64,000 bases of DNA from an uncultured Chloroflexia bacterium (GCA_963695415.1 CAVOGL010000005.1:8175-72174); one strand, 5' to 3'. Shown: positions 38,746 to 50,035, numbered from the stretch's first letter. A program made the numbers and translations. Notes: generated by a model from the letters alone, not told the origin.

Positions 38746-39446
38746 TCAGGTACCTTGCACTTTCACCTTTATCAACTTTTTCTTGATATTGAACGCTTCG
38801 TTCAAGTGCACCATAATGTGACGCCCGGCAGGCATCAGCATCAATCCTGCGACCGTGGATTTCGCCCAGAATTCGGCAATATCCCAGGCAGGTTCCAGAA
38901 CAACTGCTTCCTGGTGGTAGCGCTCCAGGGCGGCAGATCCACCAGTACGCTTGAGATCCTCGACTGCAGGTTCTTGACGATCTCACGTGTCCGCTGTCCA
39001 ACAGCCATCCGGTATGCGCGCAGTGAAGCGATTTCGATATCCCGGCTCAAATCCAGGATCTCAGCTTCACCCATAGCGTTCCCCGAATCCGAAGCAGTAA
39101 TCCCCATCCTCTCCGTCCAGTTTCCCTCGATCAATACCTGCCGCCCGTTATTCACTGCGATGTTGAATGCGGCATCTTCGCAGCGCGCCAGATGCCAGAC
39201 CAGCCAGACGATCGAATGCTCAAACTTGACTGGGATTTGCCGGGCAGCGCCATCGGAAAGACCTTCCCATAAGGCTTTGTCGAAAGACCAAATCCCTTCC
39301 CCGCCGACTGCAGGATCGTGCAGCATGGCATGGTGGTCAAGGTACATCTGGATTGTGCGATCAAAGTCGACTGGCTTCTCTAATGCGCCACGCAAAACTT
39401 TCTGCCGCGAGTTCCATTCTTTCCGTTTTTGATCCAGTTCAATCAT
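38746..39446 (-). pseudogene. DinB-family protein, frameshifted
   Basis: Start MIELDQKRKEW at 39446 overlaps the stop of the upstream gene (ATGA). After ...REIVKNLQ the frame shifts near 38965-38985 to EDLKRTGGSAALERYHQEAVVLEPAWDIAEFWAKSTVAGLMLMPAGRHIMVHLNEAFNIKKKL, stopping at 38746. Confidence 0.65.
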
Positions 39447-40660
39447 GCGATCTCTTTCACCATTGCCGCCAGGGCTGCCGACAGATCCACCAGCTTTCCC
39501 GGATTGATCAGGTCCGGTGTGTCCTTCTCGGTGTGGGTGACTGTGCGCATCAACTCCGGCATCCATTCAGCCGTGAACGCCAGCGAAGGCACCTGCTGCT
39601 GGACAAAGATCATGTGGTCACCGCTGTACCATGCGTCTCCTTCGACGCAGCCATCGAATTCTTCGAATATATTGCGAATGCGCATTTGTGTTTCTTCACT
39701 GCAGGCATAAAAGGAATATGCCGAACGACCATTAATAAATCCGACATCGTCAATGTTAACCAGCAGGTCAATATTTCCCACCTGTTCGCCATATCTGCGC
39801 AAATAATCCATCTGTCCACCAACGCTGTAATGGTCTTCGCCATTAAACGCCACGATCTCGATCCCCATGCTTCCCGAATAACCTTGCAGCAATTGTGCCA
39901 GTAGCAGCAGAACCACCACACCGGAAGCATTGTCAGAGGCACCGGGCGAATCCTCATAAGCATCGATGTGTGCGCAAAAGACAATTTTCCTCTCTGCTTC
40001 CGGATTCATCTTTGCAACCACATTATAGGCAGAGGAGGGTACGCGCTGTGCCTCAATTCGTAAATGCGCATTTCCAGGAACCTTTTTAGAGAGCTCCTCA
40101 CCGGTCTCCGCAGTGCTGTAGACGCTGGGGATATCAAAATCACCGTCTACGATCAAGGGAAATGGGTTCAATGCGCCTACCTGTTCCGGGCTGAAGCGCG
40201 TGGCAGTGATGATCGCGGCGGGCTTCTTTGCTTCCAACAAAGCGATGATCTCTTGATGGTGCTCAGGATTGTAGAAGATGAAATTCTTGGGCATCAGCTG
40301 TTCGGAGCAGATCTCGCCTTTCATTAAAAGGATTTTGCCCTCACACTGTACCTTTGATAATTCATCCAATGTACTCACCACCAAAATCCCAGAATGGACG
40401 TCACACCCAAGAGAATAAGGGCTGCCAAAAATCTCGAAAGGCTGTCCATCCAACGCAAGACTAACATTGCCGCGTTTGTAGTCCAGGCAGCTGAAAGGCT
40501 GGGTATCCACATCAAAACCAAACTCACGCATCTTCTGCGCAAAGAAAGCCGTCGCCTGGCGGTTACCGGGTGAACCTGTCCGGCGGTTGGGCTGTACATT
40601 ACACAACTCAAGCAGATATGCGTATGCCTTTTTGGGTTTTAAGTCCAAAGTAACCTCCAT
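39443..40660 (-). CDS. M28 family metallopeptidase
   Basis: VFCAHIDAYEDSPGASDNASGVVVLLLLA and VAFNGEDHY are zinc-ligand motifs of M28 aminopeptidases. Confidence 0.8.
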   Translation of the reverse strand: MEVTLDLKPKKAYAYLLELCNVQPNRRTGSPGNRQATAFFAQKMREFGFDVDTQPFSCLDYKRGNVSLALDGQPFEIFGSPYSLGCDVHSGILVVSTLDELSKVQCEGKILLMKGEICSEQLMPKNFIFYNPEHHQEIIALLEAKKPAAIITATRFSPEQVGALNPFPLIVDGDFDIPSVYSTAETGEELSKKVPGNAHLRIEAQRVPSSAYNVVAKMNPEAERKIVFCAHIDAYEDSPGASDNASGVVVLLLLAQLLQGYSGSMGIEIVAFNGEDHYSVGGQMDYLRRYGEQVGNIDLLVNIDDVGFINGRSAYSFYACSEETQMRIRNIFEEFDGCVEGDAWYSGDHMIFVQQQVPSLAFTAEWMPELMRTVTHTEKDTPDLINPGKLVDLSAALAAMVKEIA

Positions 40661-40740
40661 AAATTTATCCGGACCATAAGGGGTGTGTAAAACCTCAGGG
40701 TTTTAGCCCATGTGTAATTAATCCAACATTCTTGGGACCT

Positions 40741-41217
40741 TTAAAATCTAAAACTTACCCGCTCAAAACTCACCATATTTTGCGTGTAATAATCCTCAAT
40801 CGCTTCCAGCAGTTCGTCGCGACCCAGCTTTTCGTCCGACCAGAAATTACAGCAAGGGATCAGGATGGTTGGGCGAATTAAAGCCGCCATCGCCACCGCT
40901 CGGGTGGCTTCGTCCGGATGCAGCCCTACGATCAAATCGTAATAACTGGCTGCACCGGCATCAAACTCAGACGCCTGGTTAGGTACACCTTTCAACGACC
41001 AGCCGCGCGGGTCAACCACCTCACTGGTGTAATTGTATTTCTTATTCAAAATACGGGATAACATGCCTTTGCCACCGGCAACATCTGCGATGAACTTTAT
41101 ATCGCTACCGTAATTGTTGTAGATGAATTGTGCTACCACATCAAAGCGTGTTGGGTCGCCATGAAATCGATGACGGTCTCTGGAAGGCATCACAAGAATT
41201 GTACTACGCTCGATCAT
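40741..41217 (-). CDS. Class I SAM-dependent methyltransferase-like protein
   Basis: IADVAGGKGMLS resembles motif I. 158 aa. Confidence 0.5.
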   Translation of the reverse strand: MIERSTILVMPSRDRHRFHGDPTRFDVVAQFIYNNYGSDIKFIADVAGGKGMLSRILNKKYNYTSEVVDPRGWSLKGVPNQASEFDAGAASYYDLIVGLHPDEATRAVAMAALIRPTILIPCCNFWSDEKLGRDELLEAIEDYYTQNMVSFERVSFRF

Positions 41218-41290
41218 TCATGTGGTTTAATAACCATTATCTACCCATAGAGCTTCACTCCAGGTCAACTTTTAGTAAAAGGAACCCAAA

Positions 41291-42673
41291 ATGAAAAAAC
41301 CAAATATCGTCTTCATCCTCGTGGATGACATGGGTTACGGCGACTTCAGCCGCTTCAATGGTGGTTTATCGAAAACACCCAGGCTGGATGCCCTGATCGA
41401 TGAGAGTGTGTGCCTGACGCAGGCGTATACCGCTTCCCCTGTCTGCAATCCATCGCGGGCTGCCCTGATGACCGGACGCTACCCACATCGCACAGGCTCA
41501 ATCGATACGCTCGAGTGGCGAGGGTTGGAGAGGCTTTCGCTGCGCGAACGAACCCTCGCAGATGTGCTCAAGCAGGCAGGGTACGCCACCGGACTGGTAG
41601 GGAAATGGCACCTGGGCTCGTATGACCCACGCTACCACCCCAACCGGCGCGGATTCGATGAGGCAGTCTGCTTCCGCGGCGGGATGCACGATTATTTCAA
41701 CTGGCGGATTGAATATAACTCGCAGGTGCGCCGGTCTGATGGAAGGTACCTGACAGACCTGTGGGCAGATGAAGCCGTCAGCTTCATCAAGCGCCATTCG
41801 CAGGAGCCCTTTTTCCTGCATGTCACCTTCAACGCCCCGCACACACCCCTGGAAGCGCCGTACGAAGAGATCCAGCCCTTCCTGGAGAGTGGGAAGTTCA
41901 ACACCGGGGTCAGCATCCTTTATGGGATGTTACACAGACTGGATAAAGCCGTTGAGAGAATACTGGAATGCCTGGACATCAACGGATTAGCTGAAGATAC
42001 CCTGGTGGTGTTCAGCAGCGATAACGGACCCCAGTTTGGAGGTGAAGGAGACCACGACCTGACCCGCTTCAACTGCCACTTTAATGGCGCCAAGGGTACT
42101 GTATACGAGGGGGGCATCCGTGTGCCGATGTTGGTGCGTTATCCCGCAGGCGGGATTGGAGGCGGGGTCGAGATCAATGAAATGATCCATTTTACCGACT
42201 GGTTCCCGACATTATTGTCTCTGGCAGAAGTCGAAACAACCCCTCACCTGCCTCTGGATGGGCTGGATGTTTCGTCTGTTCTGCGAGGTGAAAGCCGTTC
42301 TATCGAACCTGTCCGCTTCTGGCAGTGGAACCGCTACACACCGCTGGTCACCAGCAACGCAGCTGTGCGCGACGGTGATTGGAAACTGGTGCGCCCGTGG
42401 CAGCCCGGATCCGGGGAAGTGCCGGATGTGCACTGGTTGTGGGTGTCGATGTATGGACCGGAATATTTCATCAAGAATGGCTTCATCGATGAACCTAACC
42501 CGCTCAATGATGTGTGCGATCCGCTTGATCCGGAGTTGTACAACATTACCCTGGATCCATTAGAGAGCGAGAACCTGGCAGACAAATATCCTGGACGTGT
42601 TTCATCCATGCTTAACCAGCTGGAAAACTGGTTCGAAGATGTCGAAAAAGAACGTTCTTTACTGAACGAGTGA
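41291..42673 (+). CDS. Sulfatase (Cys-type, formylglycine-dependent)
   Basis: NIVFILVDDMGYGD and SPVCNPSRAALMTGRYPHRTG (CxPxR). Confidence 0.9.
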   Translation: MKKPNIVFILVDDMGYGDFSRFNGGLSKTPRLDALIDESVCLTQAYTASPVCNPSRAALMTGRYPHRTGSIDTLEWRGLERLSLRERTLADVLKQAGYATGLVGKWHLGSYDPRYHPNRRGFDEAVCFRGGMHDYFNWRIEYNSQVRRSDGRYLTDLWADEAVSFIKRHSQEPFFLHVTFNAPHTPLEAPYEEIQPFLESGKFNTGVSILYGMLHRLDKAVERILECLDINGLAEDTLVVFSSDNGPQFGGEGDHDLTRFNCHFNGAKGTVYEGGIRVPMLVRYPAGGIGGGVEINEMIHFTDWFPTLLSLAEVETTPHLPLDGLDVSSVLRGESRSIEPVRFWQWNRYTPLVTSNAAVRDGDWKLVRPWQPGSGEVPDVHWLWVSMYGPEYFIKNGFIDEPNPLNDVCDPLDPELYNITLDPLESENLADKYPGRVSSMLNQLENWFEDVEKERSLLNE

Positions 42674-42693
42674 TATTGTTTAGCAGCCGCACC

Positions 42694-44253
42694 ATGCCCC
42701 CGAATATCCTCTTCATCACCACCGACCAGCAGCGCTGGGACACAATCGGATGCTCTGGCAACCAGCTGATCCAAACCCCGAACCTGGACAGGCTGGCACT
42801 ATCGGGCATCCGCTTCGAGCGCGCCTATTGTGAGAGCCCAATCTGCATCCCATCCCGGATCACGATCATCACCGGTCGTAAAGCCAGCCACCACGGCGCT
42901 ACCTTACACAACAGCAACATGCGCCCGGATGAAAGGACTCTCGCGCATGTCTTCACCGAAACGGGTTACCGGACACATTTCATCGGTAAAGCTCATTTCC
43001 GGTCTCAGGAATTGTGCGGGACTGAGGAAAGCCTCCCCGATTGGCGCGAGGGTAAGTTTGCTGGATGGAACGGACCTTATGCCGGATTCCAGACTGTAGA
43101 CCTGGTACTGGGTCACAGCAACCCACTATTGGGTCATTTTGGAAAATGGCTCAGGGACAATTACCCCGGAGAACTGCGCCATTTCATGCTCGAAGAAATG
43201 CAGCCGCTGGAAGTCACTTGTGGTCAGGGCGTTTATCAGAACAATATCCCGCCTGGAATGCATTCTTCCGCGTATATAGCCATGCGTACCAATGAATTCC
43301 TGGCAACTGCTGCCGAGACACAAGATCCCTTCCTTTGCTGGGCGAGTTTCCCCGACCCACACTGGCCCATCTGCCCCCCTTCGCCATATTTTGAGATGTA
43401 TGACACCACCGCCATCCCGGAGCAGTCCGGATTTCCGCAAGATCTGGATGGATACCCGCGTCAATTTCGGAAGGTGGCTCAAGGGCAACCCACTGGTTAC
43501 GATGGCGGTGGGCACAGGGTGCAAGACGAAAGCGACATTGCCAGGATCACGCGCCCCTACTGGGGCTCGATCAGCTTCATCGACCAGCAGGTCGGGTGCA
43601 TCCTTGACCAGCTTGATCAGACCGGTCTGGTGGATAACACGATCATCCTCTTCACAAGCGACCACGGAGAGCACATGGGTGCGCACGGGTTGATGGCAAA
43701 AGGCGGTTTCATGTATGAAGAGTTTATCCGCTGTCCCCTGCTCATCAGTTTCCCAGGTGTCATTCCTGCAGGTATGGTGTCCCAGGCGTTATTCTCTTTC
43801 ACCGATTTTGTCCCGACCTTGGGCAGCTTGCTGGGCATAAGCCTGGATGGAATGTCGCCAGATGGCATCTCGATGTCAGACGTTTTGAAAGGAGTGGATG
43901 GCTCAAAAAGAGAACAGCTTACGGTCACTCACTTTGGCTCCGGATCACCTGACCAGGCGCCAGATATCCATTGCATGGTGACACAGGATTGGAAACTGAA
44001 CTATTACGCCGGCGATAAGAATGGGGAGCTTTACCACCTTGCTGGAGACCCGGAAGAAGCACACAACCTCTACAACAACCCCGAATACAAACACATCCAG
44101 GATGATCTTACAGGTCGATTATTGGATGAGTTGATCCTGGTAAATGACCGGCGTGCTCACGAGGAACGGAAAAGTGTCGTCCAGGGGTATGCCAATCACA
44201 GCATGGTCTATGATTTCTGGCGGGATGAGTTCGATGCCCTGCGGGGAGACTAA
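42694..44253 (+). CDS. Sulfatase (Cys-type)
   Basis: MPPNILFITTDQQRWD and SPICIPSRITIITGRKASHHG. The track ORF starts at 42670 and overlaps the previous stop. Confidence 0.9.
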   Translation: MPPNILFITTDQQRWDTIGCSGNQLIQTPNLDRLALSGIRFERAYCESPICIPSRITIITGRKASHHGATLHNSNMRPDERTLAHVFTETGYRTHFIGKAHFRSQELCGTEESLPDWREGKFAGWNGPYAGFQTVDLVLGHSNPLLGHFGKWLRDNYPGELRHFMLEEMQPLEVTCGQGVYQNNIPPGMHSSAYIAMRTNEFLATAAETQDPFLCWASFPDPHWPICPPSPYFEMYDTTAIPEQSGFPQDLDGYPRQFRKVAQGQPTGYDGGGHRVQDESDIARITRPYWGSISFIDQQVGCILDQLDQTGLVDNTIILFTSDHGEHMGAHGLMAKGGFMYEEFIRCPLLISFPGVIPAGMVSQALFSFTDFVPTLGSLLGISLDGMSPDGISMSDVLKGVDGSKREQLTVTHFGSGSPDQAPDIHCMVTQDWKLNYYAGDKNGELYHLAGDPEEAHNLYNNPEYKHIQDDLTGRLLDELILVNDRRAHEERKSVVQGYANHSMVYDFWRDEFDALRGD

Positions 44254-46335
44254 GGGCAGTCGAATTTCTCAAGCATCCGGTTCACCGTTTCCTGCTTGAG
44301 ATCACCCTCAGGACCGGATTCCTCCAGCTCCTGCCAGGCGACACACAGCAGTTCTTCGGTATTTTTGTCCCTCCGGCGCGTATCCAGGCTCAATTCTTCC
44401 GCTCTTTGCCAATTGCCTGTGTAACCGTATCCAAGGATAAAGGGAAGCCTTTCAGTCGGCTGCCTGGGAGGATCTGGATTGGAAAATGCAAGTTCACCTA
44501 TGCGCACAACTTCCTCCCAGTCCTCCTGCTGGGCTGCCAGGCTGGCTGACTGGTAATACCCGCACCAGTCGGGTTCACTTTTTTTACCGAACACCGCTTC
44601 GGGTAGGCTGGTAGGTCTTTGCTGGTTCAATAGTATCTGTCCAGGATTGGAATATGTTACCGCCCGCGGCAGGTTTTCCGGCAGGTTCGGGTACAATCCC
44701 TCATTCTCTGGTTCGAGTACCTGAACACACCAGGGAGGTGCAAATTGGATCACCAGCAGTTCATCAGTGCTGCCTGTAAAAGCAAACGGACCGTACGGCT
44801 GGATGACAGGCATCCCTGGTTGGATTTCTTCTGCACGGTACTGTGGACGCAAACGCAGATCGGCGATATTAAATTGCAGGCTCTCACCTATCTGATCAGG
44901 GTTGTATACCCGGTTCAACGCCGGGATCAAGGAATTATCGGTGGAGCGGAAGTTATCCAGGGCAAGCGAATATTCATAAACCAGGGTTGTGCCTGGTGCC
45001 AAACCCGGCATACGGGTGACCAGCTGTGAGAAGAATGATTTTTGAGTCTCCCAATCTCGCTGGAATGAGACGCCATTAAGGTAATGCATGCCCGCGGATA
45101 CGGCAACCAGCGCGGAGACCAGCACAATTCTGATCACCCTTTTCCGACCCACAAAATCCACCAGACCAACCATTACCAGGCACGAACCAATCATCATCGG
45201 CAGCAGCAACCGGTCGAATGGAAACCTCAATCCGACAGTCAGACCGGTAAGCAAAAATGGCAGTGTGGCGAATATCGCTGCGAGAAGACCTAAAGGGATG
45301 GCCGATTTCCAGAATGATCTTTTGCCATTATCCACTGGCATGCGTAAAAGGTAATAGACAACCACGCAAAAGGAACTCAGGATAATGACAGTGTAAATTG
45401 CCGGGATGCGCAAGCCCAATTCCTGGAAAAAATCCGGGTTGAAGATATTGCCCCAGGCGGACACAATGGCAACCTGGACAGCCTGCAAAAGACTCAATGT
45501 CACACCCCAGACGGTTCCCACCGGTTGTCTTAAAAATTCTTCACCGATCACGATGGCATAATTGCCAGCAGTACTGACCAGGTAACGCCAAAGAAATACC
45601 GCACTGAGCAGGACCAGATAAGGCAGCCAATATATACCTGTCTTTTTGATCCTGGACTTAATATCAATACCGGTATCGAGGACCATAAAAACAATTACCG
45701 GTCGCAGCATCTCCAAACCATAAAAATATTCCGTAGAGAGCATTGCAATTGCTGAGGCAAGAAGACTGATGCCAAGAAGCATGAAAGGAGCCTTGCGGTC
45801 TTTTCTACTTTCAAACCCGCGTACGCTCGAAGCCATAAATGCGATGGAAAGAAAAAATAACACCAGAGGCAGCATGTGCCGGCTGGTATTGACAGAGACA
45901 TATTGCTGTCGGAAACCTGGGTAAACCATCCAGAGCAGAACCACCCAGGCATTACGCTCCAGATGGTCAGGAAATACATTAACCAGCGCCCAAAACAACG
46001 CAAGACCCGCCAGAATCCGGTAGACGATGTGAAGATGCCTGCCAAAGTAAAGTTGATTCTCCGGCGATAATATAACCCAGCCAGAGGATCTCACCTGCCA
46101 GGGGACGCGAAATCTGATCAATGTCGAGAAGACCTGCCGGACCCATCAGGTGGGCGTACCAGGTCCAGGGCCAGTCATCCCAATAAAAACCCAGGCGGTG
46201 TATGACTAAAGCATACGCCAATCCTGCAATCAGGATTAACAGTGGGGGAAATATTAGCAGGGCAGTGCGCCGGCTAAAGGGTTGCAGCTTCAGCTGAAGA
46301 CTCGTCCTTTTGCTCGATCTCAACTGTTTCCACAC
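44250..46335 (-). pseudogene. Large polytopic membrane protein, ArnT/PMT (GT39)-like glycosyltransferase candidate, frameshifted
   Basis: ORF 45979-46335 (...SRPLAGEILWLGYIIAGE) and ORF 44250-46121 (..ENQLYFGRHLHIVYRILAGLALFWAL...) join with a 1-nt shift near 46050-46080. More than 10 TM helices. The family call is tentative. Confidence 0.5.
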
Positions 46336-46735
46336 CTGCCATGAGGAAGAAATCTAAAGCAATGGGATCCAACCGGTAATTGACACTGTAAACCAGGCGG
46401 GTGACGCCGGCATTAACCAGGGCTTTACTACAATTGATACAGGGAAAATGGGTTACATAACAGGTGGAGTCTTTGGTCGAGACACCATGCAGCGCTGCCT
46501 GGATGATGGCGTTGGTTTCGGCATGGATGGTGCGCACACAGTGCCCGTCCACCATTAAATGCCCGACCTCGTCACAATGCGGTTGACCGGATGGCGACCC
46601 ATTGAACCCGGTGGTCAGGATGCGTTTGTCCCTCACCAGAACACAACCGACCGCAGCTCGTTCGCAAGTACTCCTTTCGGAGACGGCAAATGCTATTTTT
46701 AAGAAGTATGAATCCCATTCCGGTCGCATTTTCAC
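46274..46735 (-). CDS. dCMP deaminase (ComEB-type)
   Basis: HAETNAI and PCINCSKAL zinc motifs. 153 aa. Confidence 0.9.
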   Translation of the reverse strand: MKMRPEWDSYFLKIAFAVSERSTCERAAVGCVLVRDKRILTTGFNGSPSGQPHCDEVGHLMVDGHCVRTIHAETNAIIQAALHGVSTKDSTCYVTHFPCINCSKALVNAGVTRLVYSVNYRLDPIALDFFLMAGVETVEIEQKDESSAEAATL

Positions 46736-46812
46736 CTCAACAGGCGGAAATCATATCACATCCATTTTGGCGTTTTCAACAAATCACCTTCTCGAAGCGC
46801 TTATTTTGAACC

Positions 46813-47025
46813 CTATTTGTAATTTTCACCCAAAACACGGTAATCCTGAGCTGAAAATATTTTGCCTGTTTCTCCATTATCATCCAACAAAACCGGAACC
46901 AATGCGCCAGGTAACACGGATTCGACTGGAAACATCGCTTCTGAACCACCCATATCCGTCAGCAGCCATCCTGGATCAAGTGCATTCACCAGGGCCCACT
47001 TACCAGTCAACATTTTCATGGTCAT
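46813..47025 (-). pseudogene. Orphan C-terminal fragment of a short-chain dehydrogenase/reductase
   Basis: KWALVNALDPGWLLTDMGGSEAMFPVESVLPGALVPVLLDDNGETGKIF resembles the SDR tail (..N...PGW..TDMGG..). There is no upstream Rossmann part before the neighbouring gene ends at 47058. Confidence 0.55.
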
Positions 47026-47057
47026 TCTCCATTCATTTTCGTTAATTCTTATTCGTT

Positions 47058-47664
47058 TTAAGAACCCAACCGCATTCCATAAATGATGCCATGGTCCGTT
47101 TCCCTCAAGCGTTGAAAACCCACACGCGCATAAAAAGCCACAGCCCCTTGATTGGCTTTCGCCACACCCAGATAAACACCACTGGAGCCATCTTCCATTA
47201 ATTTTTTTGTCACTCGTTGGATCAACTGCCTGCCCCAGCCCATCCCCTGACCTTCCGGCAGGATATCGATGTGTAAGTGTGATGGATACAACGGCAGCCC
47301 TTCAAGAACACTCGCACCTTGATGGATAGACCTCATCACCCATGCGTCCGGAGATTGATCGTCTTCATCAGGCATCGGGTAACGTTCCCTCAACGGTGGA
47401 TACCAGGCATGCTCACAGCGCTCACGGAAAGTATTAGAATCCAGAGTTGCCAGCACGTATCCGATGGGACACACCATCCATCAGCAGAACAAAGCAGTAT
47501 TCAGGTTCAAAAATCACGTATGGGGCTACATAGACATGACCCAACAGGTCAGGATCTGTGTAATGTGAGCTGGCGTCACTCCCATAATTTCCCGTCTTTA
47601 AGCAGACACGGTAAAGGGCGGTCAGGTCGCTTGGGTGGTATGAACGAATGCGATATTCTGCCAT
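47058..47664 (-). pseudogene. GNAT family N-acetyltransferase, frameshifted
   Basis: ORF 47434-47664 (...EYCFVLLMDGV) and ORF 47058-47477 (PIGYVLATLDSNTF...QGMGWGRQLIQ...) join if one base near 47470 is removed. Confidence 0.75.
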
Positions 47665-47668
47665 CGGG

Positions 47669-48757
47669 CTATGGCTCCAACATGACCTTAATTGATCCTT
47701 CAGCGGATTCCACCAGTTCCAATGCTTGCTGGTAATCGCCTAATGGAAAAGCATGCGTGACGATCTCGTCGATGGGCAGCTGGTTATTTATAAGCATTTC
47801 CATAGCCAAAGGGTAACAGTATGGACCCAGGTGAGAGCCCAGGATGTCCAATTCCTTGGTGTCACCGATGATGGTCCAATCCACCGTAACCGGTTCGCGC
47901 AGTACGCTGAATTCGACAAAGGTGCCCAGGCGGCGGATCATGTGCAGACCCTGGATGACGCCGGAAGGCTGACCGGTAGCTTCCATGTACACATCACAGC
48001 CATACCCACCCGTCAACGACTTGATTTCTTTTACCACATCCACCTCATCCGGGTTGAGCGTCAGATCTGCGCCGGCTTTTCGTGCTACCTCCAGCCTGTT
48101 AGGTTTCAAATCCAACGCTACCAGCAAGCCGGGGTTTTTCAACCTCGCCGCAGCCACCATCCCCAGTCCCAAGGGACCACAACCAGCCACAACCACTGTG
48201 TCGCCAAATTCAATGCCGGCTCGCTGGACAGCGTGAATACTGCAAGCCAGGGGTTCGATGAACACTGACTGACGTGTCGTGAGTGTATTCGGGACCTTGT
48301 AATTGATGCTGTCAGCAGAGAAACGCATGTATTCTGCCATAGCCCCGGGCGTGCGCTGGCGAAACCCATAAACATCATGCTTACCATCACACATCCAATA
48401 CTGCCCGCGCTGGCAGAACCTGCACTGCCAGCAAGGCACTATCTGTTCTGATATTGCCAGGTCTCCAATCTCCAGGTTGTACTTCTCACCTGCGCCCTGT
48501 CCCAAAGCAACGACCCTGCCCACGAATTCATGCCCCGGGATCACGGGAGGTTCACAGTAGCCCTGACGCTGTTCATCACCCCAGAATAGGGGCGCGCCGG
48601 TGTAACATTTGATATCACTGGCACACACGCCAACGCCAAGTACCCTGACCAGCACTTCTCCGGGACTGATCTCCGGCACGGGCACTTCTTCCAGTCGGTA
48701 ATCACCAGGTCCATAACAAACGACAGCTTTCATGGTTTTCGGCACATCACCCTGCAT
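47669..48757 (-). CDS. Zinc-dependent alcohol/polyol dehydrogenase (MDR, sorbitol/threonine-DH-like)
   Basis: GVCASDIKC, PGHEFVGRVVALG, CWQCRFCQRGQYWMC, VVAGCGPLGLG. The ATG at 48757 lies 8 nt after AAGGAG; the track ORF starts at a GTG at 48766. Confidence 0.85.
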   Translation of the reverse strand: MQGDVPKTMKAVVCYGPGDYRLEEVPVPEISPGEVLVRVLGVGVCASDIKCYTGAPLFWGDEQRQGYCEPPVIPGHEFVGRVVALGQGAGEKYNLEIGDLAISEQIVPCWQCRFCQRGQYWMCDGKHDVYGFRQRTPGAMAEYMRFSADSINYKVPNTLTTRQSVFIEPLACSIHAVQRAGIEFGDTVVVAGCGPLGLGMVAAARLKNPGLLVALDLKPNRLEVARKAGADLTLNPDEVDVVKEIKSLTGGYGCDVYMEATGQPSGVIQGLHMIRRLGTFVEFSVLREPVTVDWTIIGDTKELDILGSHLGPYCYPLAMEMLINNQLPIDEIVTHAFPLGDYQQALELVESAEGSIKVMLEP

Positions 48758-48779
48758 TCGGTTCACTCCTTATCACAAT

Positions 48780-49971
48780 TTATACCAAAGCCTGATAAAC
48801 CAGCTGGTGTAACTTCCAGGGGATCGGGTAATCCCAATTGGGTTGGAACGCGGTCATAAAAACAGCGTAGAGTTTCAGAAACGGATCTACCCAAAAATAG
48901 GTACTGTATGCACCGCCCCAATAGAATTCACCGGGATTTCCAAACTTCCCCGTCTCTGAAGGGTTGGCTAATACTGCTGTTCCCAGGCTTAAACCATGCC
49001 CGCCATTAATGCGCGGGGATGAGCGATGGAACTCTTCCAACGCCTCAACAGAGGCGTAATTCGAGCTGAACATGGCAACCGTCGTTGGGCTGAGAAGACG
49101 CACCCCTTCCAAAACGCCTCCATTTGCCAGCATCATAGCAAAACGGGCATAATCACCTATTGTCGAGACCAAACCTCCCCCTCCCCAAACGGGTCTTCGA
49201 AGAGGTATCAGGTCGCTGCATGGTTCCAACTCCTGGCTCTGGTCATTTTTACGGCAAACCATCGCCAGGCGTTCATTTTGTTCCGGTGTTGGTAGGAACG
49301 TAGTATCCATCATGCCGAGAGGGTCGAATATGCGCTCACTCAAGAACACTTCCAGGCTTTGCCCCGAGATCGTTTCGATGAGAGCGCCAAGAACATCCAG
49401 GTTCAACCCGTAGCGGAAACTATGACCCAGGTTCGAAAGCGAGGGGAAGCTGGGCTAACTTACGGGCAAAATTCGTGATTGAGATATCTTCCTGGAAGGA
49501 TTTTCCCAGCAATTCCTGGATGCCTTTATCTGCGGGATCATCGGGCAGTGACCCATAACCGATGCCGGAACTATGCGTGAAGAGGTGCCGGAAAGTGATC
49601 GGTCCGTTAGCCTCGATCACCTCAGCCTCACTGCTTTCAGTGCTCTTCTGGATGATGTTCATTTGTTTATATTCGGGTATGAACTCGCTGATAGGAGTAT
49701 TCAGGTCGAAGGCAGCCTCTTCATATAAAAGCATCGCCGCAGCGGCGACCACTGGCTTGGTCATCGACATAATGTAAAAAATAGTATCATCTGCCAGTGG
49801 TTTCTTCGTTTCCAGGTCCTGCCAGCCGTACATCGCTTTGTATTGAATCTCGGAATCCATCCCCACGATCACGCTGGCACAAGACAGATCACCACGGTCC
49901 ACGAAACCACTGAGCAGCCGGTCAATTTGGCTCAGTCTTTGTGTATCGAATTTAAGTTGTTTGTTTTCCAT
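48780..49971 (-). pseudogene. Serine hydrolase (beta-lactamase/PBP4* family), frameshifted
   Basis: N-terminal ORF (MENKQLKF at 49971) has the SMTKP SxxK motif and ends ...LAFEPGS then TAG. The adjacent frame reads SFRYGLNLDVLGALIE into ORF 48780-49406. An extra base lies near 49415-49422. Confidence 0.8.
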
Positions 49972-50035
49972 TCTCCATATCCTATTTTTAATTAAAATGC
50001 GGCAGGTTACCACCGGCAGATAAACGTCCTGAGGA

